From: Nanobdellota archaeon
Lineage (GTDB): Archaea > Nanobdellota > Nanobdellia > Woesearchaeales > JAGLGH01
Assembly: GCA_034723595.1 (NCBI GenBank)
Contig: JAYEPB010000078.1
Coordinates: forward strand, 9,592-73,591
Direction of reading: 5' to 3'
Length of the DNA: 64,000 nt
Numbering within the stretch: the first letter of the stretch is position 1; each line of letters begins with the position of its first letter. The notes beneath the pieces were generated by a model that was not told the origin of the DNA, did not search any database, and worked only from the letters and a program-made list of their open reading frames with translations. Position numbers and translations under genes: made by a program. Positions 1 to 9,331 of this stretch are shown one piece after another.

Positions 1-53
1 TAGCTGCCTGCTAAAATATTCTCTTTATCAGAGGGTGTCATATTGGTTTCCAT
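1..53 (-). CDS. 5' start of a gene running off the window (METNMTPSDKENILAGS...)
   Basis: ATG at 53 on minus strand, open frame to the window edge; product unknown. Confidence 0.35.
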   Translation of the reverse strand, partial: METNMTPSDKENILAGS

Positions 54-166
54 TTTTCTTTCTTATCATTCAAATTTCTCCTAAACTGGGTAGTGTCATC
101 AAATACTATATAATAACTTTGATTTAAGCGATAAATTTATATACATAAAATTTTTATAAGATATAT

Positions 167-436
167 ATGGCACGACAGGAATCTCTCAAAAGCAAAAAAG
201 CTTCAAAAAATAAATATACTTGTCAGATTGCGGTTCTTATTTTTGTTGTGATTATCCTGGCAGGAGGCATATATCTTGGATTTGGAATGCCTTCAATAAC
301 AGGGCAGGTTACACTAAACGAGCAGGAGTTCAATATATTGACACCATTTGGATTCAATTTTGGGATGCTGATAATTGGAGTAATTGGAGTAATATATGTC
401 ATATTGTTAATATCAAAGGAGAGTGTTGAAAGATAG
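167..436 (+). CDS. Small membrane protein, 2 TM (SITG motif; TPFGF before C-terminal TM)
   Basis: Two hydrophobic segments; TATA-like TTTATATA about 30 nt upstream. Confidence 0.7.
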   Translation: MARQESLKSKKASKNKYTCQIAVLIFVVIILAGGIYLGFGMPSITGQVTLNEQEFNILTPFGFNFGMLIIGVIGVIYVILLISKESVER

Positions 437-750
437 CAAAGCGCCTCATATCAGGATTTAGGGGATATGTAATCTCTGGTATTATTTTTATCTTATTATT
501 TGCCAGTCTTGCAAGTTTGGGATTCTCTAATATGCCTGGTTTATCCAAATTCATGTCAGTTGTTTCTGAAGAGGGGTTCAGCGGAGCTGGTATCACTGGA
601 GCTGTGGTGGCTATTGGTGAAGAGCCGGCTGCAGAAGAAGCAAAACCACCTAATTTAATAAATGTTGCAATACTTCTTATTGGGTTTTCATTTGTGGTAT
701 CGCTCCTTGCGGTAAGGACAATAAATAAGCAAAGCAAATACCGAACTTGA
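433..750 (+). CDS. Small membrane protein, 2 TM (GITGAVV motif); start probably ATA at 433 rather than TTG at 517
   Basis: Frame open from 430; an N-terminal hydrophobic segment lies upstream of 517; GGAG at 418-421. Confidence 0.6.
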   Translation: MAKRLISGFRGYVISGIIFILLFASLASLGFSNMPGLSKFMSVVSEEGFSGAGITGAVVAIGEEPAAEEAKPPNLINVAILLIGFSFVVSLLAVRTINKQSKYRT

Positions 751-862
751 AAATAAAACACTTTTCTCCAGTAGAAGACTAGAAAAAAGTTTTTTACAGT
801 AGTATCTAAAATATAGAACTCTTATTTCGCAGCACCTTGGCTCATGAGATTCGATACCAATT

Positions 863-892
863 AAAAAAGGATTTGCATAGCAAATCTTTTTT
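863..892. terminator. Bidirectional hairpin between convergent genes
   Basis: AAAAAAGGATTTGC-ATA-GCAAATCTTTTTT inverted repeat with T/A tails. Confidence 0.6.
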
Positions 893-896
893 ATAA

Positions 897-1622
897 TTAT
901 CCCAATATCTCATGGAATGGTGCTTTTGTAGGGAATACATGCAGTCCGTCGTCTCTTATTTGCATTGCAACAACTTTTGGAGAATGCTTTCTTCCTCTCA
1001 TCTTTATTATGGCAACTGCTCTCTCAAACAGATTCTCAAATGGCATCCTGTATAAGCATATTACGCCATCTACTACAAATTCCTCAAAGCCATACCAGCT
1101 GATATCTCTTTTTCCTTCTTTAACTTCGCATGTCATCACAGTTGTGCAGTTTAGTTTTTCAAGAGCAGAAGTGAGTTCAGCCATCGCATGCCTTCTCTCG
1201 CTATCAGTATCAAAAAGCATGAGGAAAAGATTCAACGAATCAATGACAATTCTCTTAGCATTTGATTCCAGAACAACTTCTTTGATCTCTCCTGCTATAT
1301 CTCTTGCATTTGCCTTTGTCTTATCCTTAAAGAATCTGACATTTCCAATAGGGCCGCCAATGACCTTTAGCTTCCCTGCTTTTTCCATCATCTCAAAATC
1401 AATGCCCAACGCTTTCAAGTCCTCAACAAGCTTATGTTTGCCCTCTTCAAATGTCACATAGACAGAGCTCTCTCCTGATGCAAATCCTTTACTTACGAAA
1501 TGCGCAGCGAATATGCTTTTCCCAGTGCCACAGCTTCCAGATATAAGTATTGTCCTGCCCTTTGGGATTCCCCCTGCAAGAAGGGCATCAACCCCTTTTA
1601 TTCCTGATTCAATAAAACTCAT
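897..1622 (-). CDS. KaiC/RAD55-like RecA-superfamily ATPase (single domain)
   Basis: SGIKGVDALLAGGIP, Walker A GSCGTGKS, VTFEE, RIVIDS, KMRG. Confidence 0.9.
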   Translation of the reverse strand: MSFIESGIKGVDALLAGGIPKGRTILISGSCGTGKSIFAAHFVSKGFASGESSVYVTFEEGKHKLVEDLKALGIDFEMMEKAGKLKVIGGPIGNVRFFKDKTKANARDIAGEIKEVVLESNAKRIVIDSLNLFLMLFDTDSERRHAMAELTSALEKLNCTTVMTCEVKEGKRDISWYGFEEFVVDGVICLYRMPFENLFERAVAIIKMRGRKHSPKVVAMQIRDDGLHVFPTKAPFHEILG

Positions 1623-1637
1623 TTTTATTACCTCCTT

Positions 1638-2219
1638 TTAACCTGCATATGCAAGTACTTTCTTCTTTATAATAATTTTCTTTGTTGTAATTATGAATAC
1701 CATACCAAATACAAATCCCAGCAGATGAAATATTGTCGATTTAATGACTGCTATATCGAAGCTGGAAGCTAGTGGTTCAATAATAAGTGAAACTGCAAAT
1801 AAAGGTATAATAATGCTTTTTGGAATAAAATTTGAGCCTTTTATTGCAACTGCTCCCATGATTGCGTAGATTCCCATTGAAAGGCCTGCAATGGTCATAT
1901 GCGAAACAATAAGACCAGTCACTAATGCAATGAATATTGATACTGTGAAGAAAGAGCCAAGATATGCCCTGGCTCCAAGATCCACTTCATATGCAAGAAA
2001 TGTTATGACTAAAATTGCAACAATATTCTGGGTAAGATGGCTAAGGCTGATATGGATAAAAGGAAATGTCAACACACGCCAAAATTGGATTGAATGATAG
2101 AATAAATCTCCTGAGAATACCATTATCTCTAATGCATTAGATACTAGAAAGAATGCTAAGCAGCTTATCAAAATAATCGACAAGCAATAAAGCGTAAGCC
2201 TGATTGAAGATATCTTCAC
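1638..2219 (-). CDS. Rhomboid-family intramembrane serine protease
   Basis: WR motif (QFWRVLT), H..SHL..N, GLS(M)G catalytic Ser, FHLLG catalytic His; about 6 TM. Confidence 0.8.
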   Translation of the reverse strand: MKISSIRLTLYCLSIILISCLAFFLVSNALEIMVFSGDLFYHSIQFWRVLTFPFIHISLSHLTQNIVAILVITFLAYEVDLGARAYLGSFFTVSIFIALVTGLIVSHMTIAGLSMGIYAIMGAVAIKGSNFIPKSIIIPLFAVSLIIEPLASSFDIAVIKSTIFHLLGFVFGMVFIITTKKIIIKKKVLAYAG

Positions 2220-2362
2220 AACATCTCCTCCTTGAAATATTTCTCTATCTTTTCGCCCCTCAGGACAAATCTCTTTATCCTGGTTTTAAGCCTGCGAAGA
2301 TACCATAAAACTCCTGCTCCAATAACTGATGCTGAGATTATGCCTAATATGATTATTTCCAT
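2216..2362 (-). CDS. 48-aa single-TM protein (MEIIILGIISASVIGAGVLWYLRRLK...)
   Basis: Hand-translated; fills the operon gap; its TGA overlaps the rhomboid GTG start; GGTGGTG upstream. Confidence 0.7.
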   Translation of the reverse strand: MEIIILGIISASVIGAGVLWYLRRLKTRIKRFVLRGEKIEKYFKEEML

Positions 2363-2364
2363 AG

Positions 2365-2679
2365 CTAAACACCACCTTTTTCTTTTGCTTTCTTTTTCTT
2401 AGACGAGAATACAATGATTATCCCAGATATTGTAATTACAAGAAGCAATGCTATATCAAAACCCAGAGGGGTAATTCCTATTTTAATCTCACTGTCTGCC
2501 TTAGTCATATCTTCTGCATAAGAACTGCTAAAAGAGATAAATATCACCATACCTGCAGCCAGCGTAAGAAGAAATCCCAATAAAAAGCTGATTCTCAGAG
2601 TGCAACATAATTGGGAAGGAAGTATTTCAGATGAGTTTTTCCCCTGCTTATTAACAAGAGAAGATTTCTTATTTTTCAT
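2365..2679 (-). CDS. Small membrane protein, 2 TM (TPLGF before C-terminal TM, basic tail)
   Basis: Hydrophobicity pattern; coupled to neighbouring genes. Confidence 0.65.
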   Translation of the reverse strand: MKNKKSSLVNKQGKNSSEILPSQLCCTLRISFLLGFLLTLAAGMVIFISFSSSYAEDMTKADSEIKIGITPLGFDIALLLVITISGIIIVFSSKKKKAKEKGGV

Positions 2680-3875
2680 TATTTAGAACCTCTCTGCCAA
2701 TCTCTTTTGCCTGCCGAATATCTTATTGCTACGACAATAAGTATCATTATCATAATAAAAATAATTGGATAGATAGTAAAAGCTAAAGGTTGAATCTTCA
2801 TGCTTTCAGGCAGGATTTGTAATGCAAAAGCTGTGCTTGAGGTCTTATTATTTCCATAATATATTACATTATCTATAAGATATTCTCCTTCTTCATATAT
2901 AGCAAAATCTAATTGAATTTCTCTGCTCTTTCCCTGCGAGACATATAACCTTTTGCTCTCAATAGTTTCAATCACACTGCTGCCTTTGATAATCTGCGTT
3001 TTTAATATAGCATAAGCTGCTGAATCTCCTGTATTCTTCACATAAGAATTAAGATGAACCATGTCTGCTTCATATGCTATCTTTGGAGCTTCAATCTTGA
3101 GGATTTCAAAATCTGGGTATGATTGACCTCCTGTTTCAATAAGCAACTGATAATTATTTGCTGAAATAAGGTCTCCAGATTGCACTACTTCAATAACTAT
3201 ATTGTGTTTACCCTGAGCTATATCAGAAGAATCTAGATTCAGTATCTTTTCAATATTCTGCATTGGATTTATCTTTATGACAAAAGGGAATACATTCCTG
3301 CCTATATAAGCATTAATTACAATATCTTCTGCAGTATTTCCCTTGTTTGTCAGGTTTACAGCTATATCAATTAACGAGCCTTGCTCTGCTCCATATACTT
3401 CTACATTTTCTATTGCTATATCAGATATAGTCTTTTTTACAGCGCCAATAACAATCTCTATACTTTCTGTTCTCTTATTTTTTAATATAGAGGGAATAAT
3501 ATTAGTGAATTCCATATTTATGGTTGTATAATATAATCCCTCAGCAATATTCTCTGGAAGTTTTATCATTATCTTCAATGCAAGAGGGGATGTTTTGCTT
3601 ATTTCCATGCGATTAGGGTTGAGGGTAATCCATTCTTTTGCCTGCCCATCTGGTAAGAAAGTAACCAAAAATCCCTCATCACTATCTGTGTGGATATTGA
3701 CGAGGATTTCTCTGTATCCCCCAATTAGGATATTCTCTGCTTGTATAGAGTCAGGAATGATATCTATAGAACGCTCTTCTGCAATTGCAATTGAGCAAAA
3801 AGAGAGAAATACTACTACTATTATTATTTGTCTTAGTGTTGTCCATATAATTTCACGCATCATATATCCCCCCAT
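2679..3875 (-). CDS. Secreted Ig-like/CARDB-type beta-sandwich surface protein with C-terminal TM anchor
   Basis: Signal peptide; repeated L.N.G motifs (VNLTNKGN, YVKNTGD); C-terminal TM. Confidence 0.7.
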   Translation of the reverse strand: MGGYMMREIIWTTLRQIIIVVVFLSFCSIAIAEERSIDIIPDSIQAENILIGGYREILVNIHTDSDEGFLVTFLPDGQAKEWITLNPNRMEISKTSPLALKIMIKLPENIAEGLYYTTINMEFTNIIPSILKNKRTESIEIVIGAVKKTISDIAIENVEVYGAEQGSLIDIAVNLTNKGNTAEDIVINAYIGRNVFPFVIKINPMQNIEKILNLDSSDIAQGKHNIVIEVVQSGDLISANNYQLLIETGGQSYPDFEILKIEAPKIAYEADMVHLNSYVKNTGDSAAYAILKTQIIKGSSVIETIESKRLYVSQGKSREIQLDFAIYEEGEYLIDNVIYYGNNKTSSTAFALQILPESMKIQPLAFTIYPIIFIMIMILIVVAIRYSAGKRDWQRGSK

Positions 3876-4035
3876 GTTTCAATGATTTTAATACTTTGCA
3901 TTCTATCTAAATTAATAATTCCTTTCAGTGATTATAAAAAGATTCGGTTGTAGGATTAAATGCAGATATATATTCTTGTTTGTTTATGAAACTACACTCT
4001 CTGGATTTACGCAAATCTTGCAAAAGTTCTCTATT

Positions 4036-4854
4036 CTAAAAATTCCTTATGATTGTTCCGTTGCTTCCTAATTCTTTATTCTCATTCTGTACAAGATAAT
4101 TGCATTTCTGGTAATAGAGTGTTCTTTTGTCAAGCACTTTTCCAAAATTGCTCTTTAGCAGATCATGCCTGCTTATTTCAGGAATTATTTTCTGCTTATC
4201 TGTGTTAAAAGCAGAATATATCCCATCAACGTCCTTTAGATATATTACTTTTCTGACTGCCCTGTCAAAAAATCCAATTAATGCTGCAACAAGGTCAGAT
4301 GCATTCTTCCCAAGAAGAACTTTTTCACCATTAGTGTTCTCTGCGCCAAATCCACTTATAACCACGACCTTGTTTTTAGGCATGTTATTATTGAATCTTT
4401 GCATTGAGTTGATATTATCAATAGATGCATAAAGATAGCTGCTGTTTGCAATTATTGGAAATTCTGATCCCTGAAGCAATAGGGCTGCATCAATGCCCTC
4501 CTCTTTTAATTTAGATGACAGCCTTTTTGCTGAATTAATCTCTCCCTGGAGAAGATAAGATGCAATAAAAGGATCATCATATACTTCATTGAATTCAGGT
4601 CTGGTAACTTCATTATTAAGAATATCATCAATATATTTTCTCTCTTCTTGGCATATCAAAAGGTTATTAATTAATTGATCTGTTCTTCCTTTTCTTGCAG
4701 AGACTACAACATAGAGACTCTGAAAACTATTGGTTTTAACATAAGTCTTTATCTTTTTAGCAATTTGGGTATAGTGTCCATATGTTTTTAACACACTGCC
4801 TCCTATTTTGATGACTTCATTGTAGCTTTCGCTTATGTTTTTTTCTAGTCTCAT
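4036..4854 (-). CDS. Aspartokinase-like amino-acid kinase, catalytic domain only (no ACT domains)
   Basis: VIKIGGS, VVVSA, VISGF, LGKNASD, KDVDGIY; 272 aa; GGAGGT RBS. Confidence 0.8.
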   Translation of the reverse strand: MRLEKNISESYNEVIKIGGSVLKTYGHYTQIAKKIKTYVKTNSFQSLYVVVSARKGRTDQLINNLLICQEERKYIDDILNNEVTRPEFNEVYDDPFIASYLLQGEINSAKRLSSKLKEEGIDAALLLQGSEFPIIANSSYLYASIDNINSMQRFNNNMPKNKVVVISGFGAENTNGEKVLLGKNASDLVAALIGFFDRAVRKVIYLKDVDGIYSAFNTDKQKIIPEISRHDLLKSNFGKVLDKRTLYYQKCNYLVQNENKELGSNGTIIRNF

Positions 4855-4895
4855 TTTTTAGTACCTCCAGAATTGAATTTGTTAAGATTAGGAAC

Positions 4896-5003
4896 TTAAA
4901 ACAATGAGACAGCATATGCCATCTTAGTTGTTTTAGTATATTTGGTTTTATAACTAGTAAAATAAGAAGTTTCTATTATACCAGGACCAGTGAAATCTTC
5001 CAT
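4896..5003 (-). CDS. Putative Thr/Lys-rich leader peptide (35 aa) upstream of the aspartokinase-like gene
   Basis: MEDFTGPGIIETSYFTSYKTKYTKTTKMAYAVSLF; TTTTATATAA box begins 30 nt upstream of the ATG. Confidence 0.6.
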   Translation of the reverse strand: MEDFTGPGIIETSYFTSYKTKYTKTTKMAYAVSLF

Positions 5004-5180
5004 AATCAGTTGAATTTAACTTCTTATATAAAAGGTTTTCCCTGAAGAAAAGGTTTGATTCTATCCAAATTTAGTTAAATATATAAACCCCCTCTGTTTA
5101 TTTGATTTATATTGTGACCATCTATACTATAAACATGTAATATTAGTTGAATATTTTAACTAATGCAGGGGGGGGATTTC

Positions 5181-5780
5181 ATGCAACAACCAATAAAATT
5201 GACAAAAAATGAAAAACTTGCTTTAAAATTTCTGATAAAAGACGGACGTATATCTGACGTAGATATATCAAAAAAATTGAGGATAACAACACAGGCTGTA
5301 GGAAAAATCAGGCGAAAGCTTGAAACCATCGGCATAATAAGAGGTTATTCTACAAACATAGATTATGGAAGGATTGGAGTTAATACATTTGCTCTTGTTG
5401 TGATGAGACTGACACTTAAGAGCTGGGAAGAATTAGGAGAACTTGGTATTGAGAAATTAGTGCTCAAGAACCCGCACATCGTCAATATCTATAGAATTCC
5501 AGAAGGTTCTGCAACACATGTGGGATTATATGGATTTAGGGATCTTGATGAACTGGACAGATTTTTTCATATTATGCAGACATCTTCTGCATATAATCAG
5601 TATGTTGAACTCAAGAAGATTTATGTCTTTTCCAACCATTCATTAATAAAAGATTCCCCTGCTCAACTTATATGCAAAGTTATTGATGAGATGGGTAAAG
5701 AAAGAATAAATGCCAAGCCCCTACCTTTTGTAGAGATTGACAGATTTGGAAATAAGGTTTCAGGAAAGAATAGCTTTTAA
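5181..5780 (+). CDS. Lrp/AsnC-family transcriptional regulator
   Basis: N-terminal HTH DGRISDVDISKKL...RRKLE..GII.GY; RAM-like C-terminus. Confidence 0.85.
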   Translation: MQQPIKLTKNEKLALKFLIKDGRISDVDISKKLRITTQAVGKIRRKLETIGIIRGYSTNIDYGRIGVNTFALVVMRLTLKSWEELGELGIEKLVLKNPHIVNIYRIPEGSATHVGLYGFRDLDELDRFFHIMQTSSAYNQYVELKKIYVFSNHSLIKDSPAQLICKVIDEMGKERINAKPLPFVEIDRFGNKVSGKNSF

Positions 5781-5801
5781 ATATAGGAAACTTCGTAACT
5801 C

Positions 5802-6275
5802 ATGGCAAAGAAAAAAAAGAATATAGTTATGTACTTCTCAATGTTTGGCAAGAATGAGAAGATAGCAGATATCATTTCAATAGAGTTTGATGCGCTGAAG
5901 ATAAAGATTGCTACTTCTGGCTGGGGGCTGCTGAAGATACCAATGCATATGCTTAGAGGACTTTTGGAAAGAGATGTTGTGATGATTCCTAACACAAATC
6001 TGCAGGATTATAATATGATTTATATTGGCGGTCCAGTCTGGGCAGGCAAGCCATGCCCTGCACTTATGGACTTGATTAGGAAGATCCATATTAAAGGCAA
6101 GAATGTTGTGCTGTTCCTTACTGCTAAAGATGATTTTGGAAATGCTGAAGAACTGCTGAGAGAAGCTGTGAAGAAAAAAGGCGCAGAAGTGAAGGCATTG
6201 TTCAGGTTCCTGACAAGCGAGAATGAGGAAAAGATTAAAAAAAGATTCAAAGAGAAAGGATTAAGTTTTGACTGA
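5802..6275 (+). CDS. Flavodoxin-like protein
   Basis: YFSMFGKNEKIA, IYIGGPVWAG, VVLFLT. Confidence 0.8.
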   Translation: MAKKKKNIVMYFSMFGKNEKIADIISIEFDALKIKIATSGWGLLKIPMHMLRGLLERDVVMIPNTNLQDYNMIYIGGPVWAGKPCPALMDLIRKIHIKGKNVVLFLTAKDDFGNAEELLREAVKKKGAEVKALFRFLTSENEEKIKKRFKEKGLSFD

Positions 6276-8192
6276 TGATGCTGGTGCTCCTTGAATAGTA
6301 GATTTGTTACTTACTTTTTTACCATAAATGTAAATATACTTCCAGGCAAATCCCTGTTTTCTTTCTATCTTTACATCAAATCCACACTGGCTAAATAGAT
6401 CTTTGATTGCTTTATTATCAGAAAGCCAATCTATGTTAGGAATTATATCAAAAAATTTGTTATACTCAACAAAACATATCTTTGCGCCTTTCTTAAGCAG
6501 TTTGTTCATGTGTGTCAGCACCTTGACAGGATTCTGAACATAACCGAGCATGCCTACAGATACGATGACATGCACATTAGGGACATCAGGATGCACTCTT
6601 TTATGATGAAGAGGGTCATGTAGTAAAGTAATATGCTTATGGCCTCTTTTCTCCATCCTCTTTTTGGTTATTGAAATATCTCGTTCACAGATATCTGTTG
6701 CATAGATTCTTCCTTTCTTCCCTACTTCTTCAGCAAGATGCATTGTGAGTGTCCCGACAGAACACCCAAATTCAAGAACTGTTTTTCCATGTATATTACC
6801 TATTAGCTTTATGACCTCTTTCCTCACTTTCACAGGCAGCATCAGGCGTTCAGTAAAGAGTGCTACATAGGCCAGCACATTATTGGTCTTCCTGACAGCC
6901 TTTGGATTATAATACATCTCAAGAAGGAAGTATATCGGCAGACCTACAAAAATCAGCGAGGCACCTAATCTCAGAATGTGCGTAGCGCCAGCTGTTTCTT
7001 TTATCCACATCCCTAATAAAAATATATTAAAGAGAATCACAATAAGAGGTCCAACCCTTGCAAAAGGAACCCGGTAGTATCTTTTGAGATTAGGTTTCTT
7101 ATCCCTTAATAAAGTCAGGCTGAATAAGACAGCAGAATACATTATCAATACTATTGGCACCAGAAGGTGCAGCAGAGTCAGGTAAGATCCTGCAGCGATA
7201 AAGACCAGAATAGAACTGATGATAGTCTGCAGTATTATGGCTTTGTGAGGTGTATAATATTTTGGATGTATCTTTGCAAATTGAGGAAGGAAAAGCTTGT
7301 CTTTTGCCATGGCAAGTATCAGGCGCGGTGCTGCAATGATCCATCCTGCAACTGATCCAATAATAGCCAGATAAACAAGCAATGTAAATATCGTTGAACC
7401 AATTGCCCCAAAGTGGACTGCTGCAAGGTCTGAAAGCGGCGCAGAGGACTCGCCAAATGTCTGCCAGGGAATCGCACTCATGGATGTTATAACAAATAAT
7501 AAGGAGATGACTGCTATTATAATGGTTCCATAAATTAATGCTTTAGGCATGACTCTTGCTCCATCTTTAGTCTCAGCAGCAAGAAAAGTGGAAGTCTCCC
7601 ATCCAAAAAATGTTTCTGCGACCAAAAATATTGTAACCATTATAGAAGATATAGGAAATACAAAAAAAGGGCTGAGGGTTGATGTCTTAAATGATGCTAA
7701 TCCTGGAATAATCAGCGCAAGCAGAGTGCCTATAGTGATGAAAGCAAAAGTCACGAGCATTACTGAACTTGTTTTCATTCCATGATATGCGATAAAGTTA
7801 AATATGAATATGAATGTAAGTGAGAAAAGTATCTGGGCCCAGACTATTTGCCCCGGAATAAGATATTGTATTGCTCCTACAACAAGCATAGCGATTGTGA
7901 TATTCCCAGCTATCAGTGTGCCCCAGCCGATTATGAAACTCCCGAACCTGCCATAAGCCTGCTTGCAGAATTCATATATCCCTCCTTCTTTTGGAAACAT
8001 GCTTGTTAACTCAGCAAAGCACATCGCGATATATATAGCAATGATTGAAAGTATGGCCCATGAAATCAATGAAGCAGGGCCTGCATGCTTGGCTCCTAAA
8101 GCAGGAAGGAAAAATATTCCAGTTCCCATTATAGAATTGATTGTGATTAGAAGGATTACTTTGAAGCTAAGTACTTTCTTCAGTTCTGTCAT
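6261..8192 (-). CDS. APC-family amino-acid permease fused to a C-terminal class I SAM methyltransferase-like domain
   Basis: IMGTGIF, AELTSMFPKEGG, about 12 TM; then VLEFGCSVG ... IYATD; start refined to MTELKK. Confidence 0.85.
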   Translation of the reverse strand: MTELKKVLSFKVILLITINSIMGTGIFFLPALGAKHAGPASLISWAILSIIAIYIAMCFAELTSMFPKEGGIYEFCKQAYGRFGSFIIGWGTLIAGNITIAMLVVGAIQYLIPGQIVWAQILFSLTFIFIFNFIAYHGMKTSSVMLVTFAFITIGTLLALIIPGLASFKTSTLSPFFVFPISSIMVTIFLVAETFFGWETSTFLAAETKDGARVMPKALIYGTIIIAVISLLFVITSMSAIPWQTFGESSAPLSDLAAVHFGAIGSTIFTLLVYLAIIGSVAGWIIAAPRLILAMAKDKLFLPQFAKIHPKYYTPHKAIILQTIISSILVFIAAGSYLTLLHLLVPIVLIMYSAVLFSLTLLRDKKPNLKRYYRVPFARVGPLIVILFNIFLLGMWIKETAGATHILRLGASLIFVGLPIYFLLEMYYNPKAVRKTNNVLAYVALFTERLMLPVKVRKEVIKLIGNIHGKTVLEFGCSVGTLTMHLAEEVGKKGRIYATDICERDISITKKRMEKRGHKHITLLHDPLHHKRVHPDVPNVHVIVSVGMLGYVQNPVKVLTHMNKLLKKGAKICFVEYNKFFDIIPNIDWLSDNKAIKDLFSQCGFDVKIERKQGFAWKYIYIYGKKVSNKSTIQGAPASSVKT

Positions 8193-8402
8193 GGTGTGGA
8201 TATGGTGTTGAATGTATATAAAATGTTCGTTTTTAAAAATTTTGTTTTGTAACATTTTTAATGCTTGAATTGGAAAGAAAGAATATTTAAAAGAAAAAAT
8301 ATTTTTGGCTTGCAAAAGTTATTTTCAATCATTGATTATATCCTAATTTCCTTCTAAGATATCTTTCAGGAATACTCAGCTGGAATACTCAGGGATTTTC
8401 TA

Positions 8403-8633
8403 TTACTTATTAATGTTTTCTCCTGATCTATTTCCGTAAGTCTTAAAATTATCATAGAGTCGATTTTCCACAGCTAAATCAAGCTTATATTGTTCATTTA
8501 TTCGCTTAAGCTTATAGTTATGCTGGATGCCTTCTATTGTCACAGCTGTTTGATATCTTTCATTAATGTTTCGTATCTTTTTTGTGTGGCTTATATTTGC
8601 CCTAATTTTTTCTGATAATATTTTTTGTGTCAT
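8403..8633 (-). CDS. Small hypothetical protein divergent from the Ubl paralogue
   Basis: 76-aa ORF with AT-rich TATA-like sequence upstream. Confidence 0.4.
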   Translation of the reverse strand: MTQKILSEKIRANISHTKKIRNINERYQTAVTIEGIQHNYKLKRINEQYKLDLAVENRLYDNFKTYGNRSGENINK

Positions 8634-8682
8634 GGTAGTGCTTAGGAATGATTTATTATTAATAAGTTTTGTCTAACTTTTT

Positions 8683-8820
8683 TCGCAAATGTTCCGAATC
8701 CAAAGTTCTTCCGATATCATCGGAAAATATAGTGTTTTTTTACCGTAATCCATTTTAAAGGCAACAGATTTTGGATGATTAATAAAAATTCCAACAAAAG
8801 TTGGGGAGGAAAATAAAATG
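8683..8820 (+). repeat. Duplicated promoter/5'UTR, copy 1 (138 bp)
   Basis: Closely matches 10077-10214; contains TTCCGAT-ATC-ATCGGAA palindrome (8709-8725), TTTTAAAG box, CCAAC-AAAA-GTTGG hairpin and GGAGG. Confidence 0.9.
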
Positions 8821-9306
8821 GGAGAGCCATTACCACTTATTGTTAAATTACAAGAATATACAGATAAATACGAGGGATTAATGAAAAGAATAGATGAATC
8901 CTATCTGAATGAGAATTTTGGAACATTGCTAGGTTATATCCTTAGTGCGACCCCAGACCAATTGAATCCAGGAGGATACACTAATGATGAAAAAGAATTC
9001 GCACAAATGTTGGGAGATTATTATAATATAAATAAAAAGGCAGAGGATTATTTAGAAAACTTGAGAAATAAAAACGGAAAAGATTATCCAATAGACTTAA
9101 GAGCCCTAGCTTCTAGAAAAGAGATAAGAATGGGTGATGAGATAATGCTAAATGCAATAGATAAAAACAAAAGTTTAATCGAATGCCCGTTAGATGATAT
9201 AATAAATGAGTATAGTGAAAGAATTATTAAAGTAGAAAATATAGAAGATACGGATTATAAATATAGATTCATAGATCTCATTATCTCAAGATATTGCTGG
9301 GATTAA
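8818..9306 (+). CDS. Paralogue of the putative Ubl at 10212, lacking the C-terminal GG
   Basis: Shares DESYLNENFGTLL.YIL, GY..DE..FAQ, AID.NK...CPL and YKY..I.LII; ends ISRYCWD. Confidence 0.75.
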   Translation: MGEPLPLIVKLQEYTDKYEGLMKRIDESYLNENFGTLLGYILSATPDQLNPGGYTNDEKEFAQMLGDYYNINKKAEDYLENLRNKNGKDYPIDLRALASRKEIRMGDEIMLNAIDKNKSLIECPLDDIINEYSERIIKVENIEDTDYKYRFIDLIISRYCWD

Positions 9307-9331
9307 TGTATCTAAAACTGAATTGATTTTT

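Noticed and set aside
897..1622. Circadian clock KaiC
   Set aside because: Single domain and no kaiA/kaiB; typical archaeal KaiC-like ATPase
8193..8315. N-terminal extension of the APC transporter
   Set aside because: AT-rich promoter-like sequence; family similarity starts at MTELKK
8369..8392. Short direct repeat GGAATACTCAG x2
   Set aside because: Only two adjacent copies; no function can be supported
9270..9330. Frameshift hiding a GG end in the Ubl paralogue
   Set aside because: The alternative frame I read gives DIAGINV, not a GG; no support for a simple frameshift
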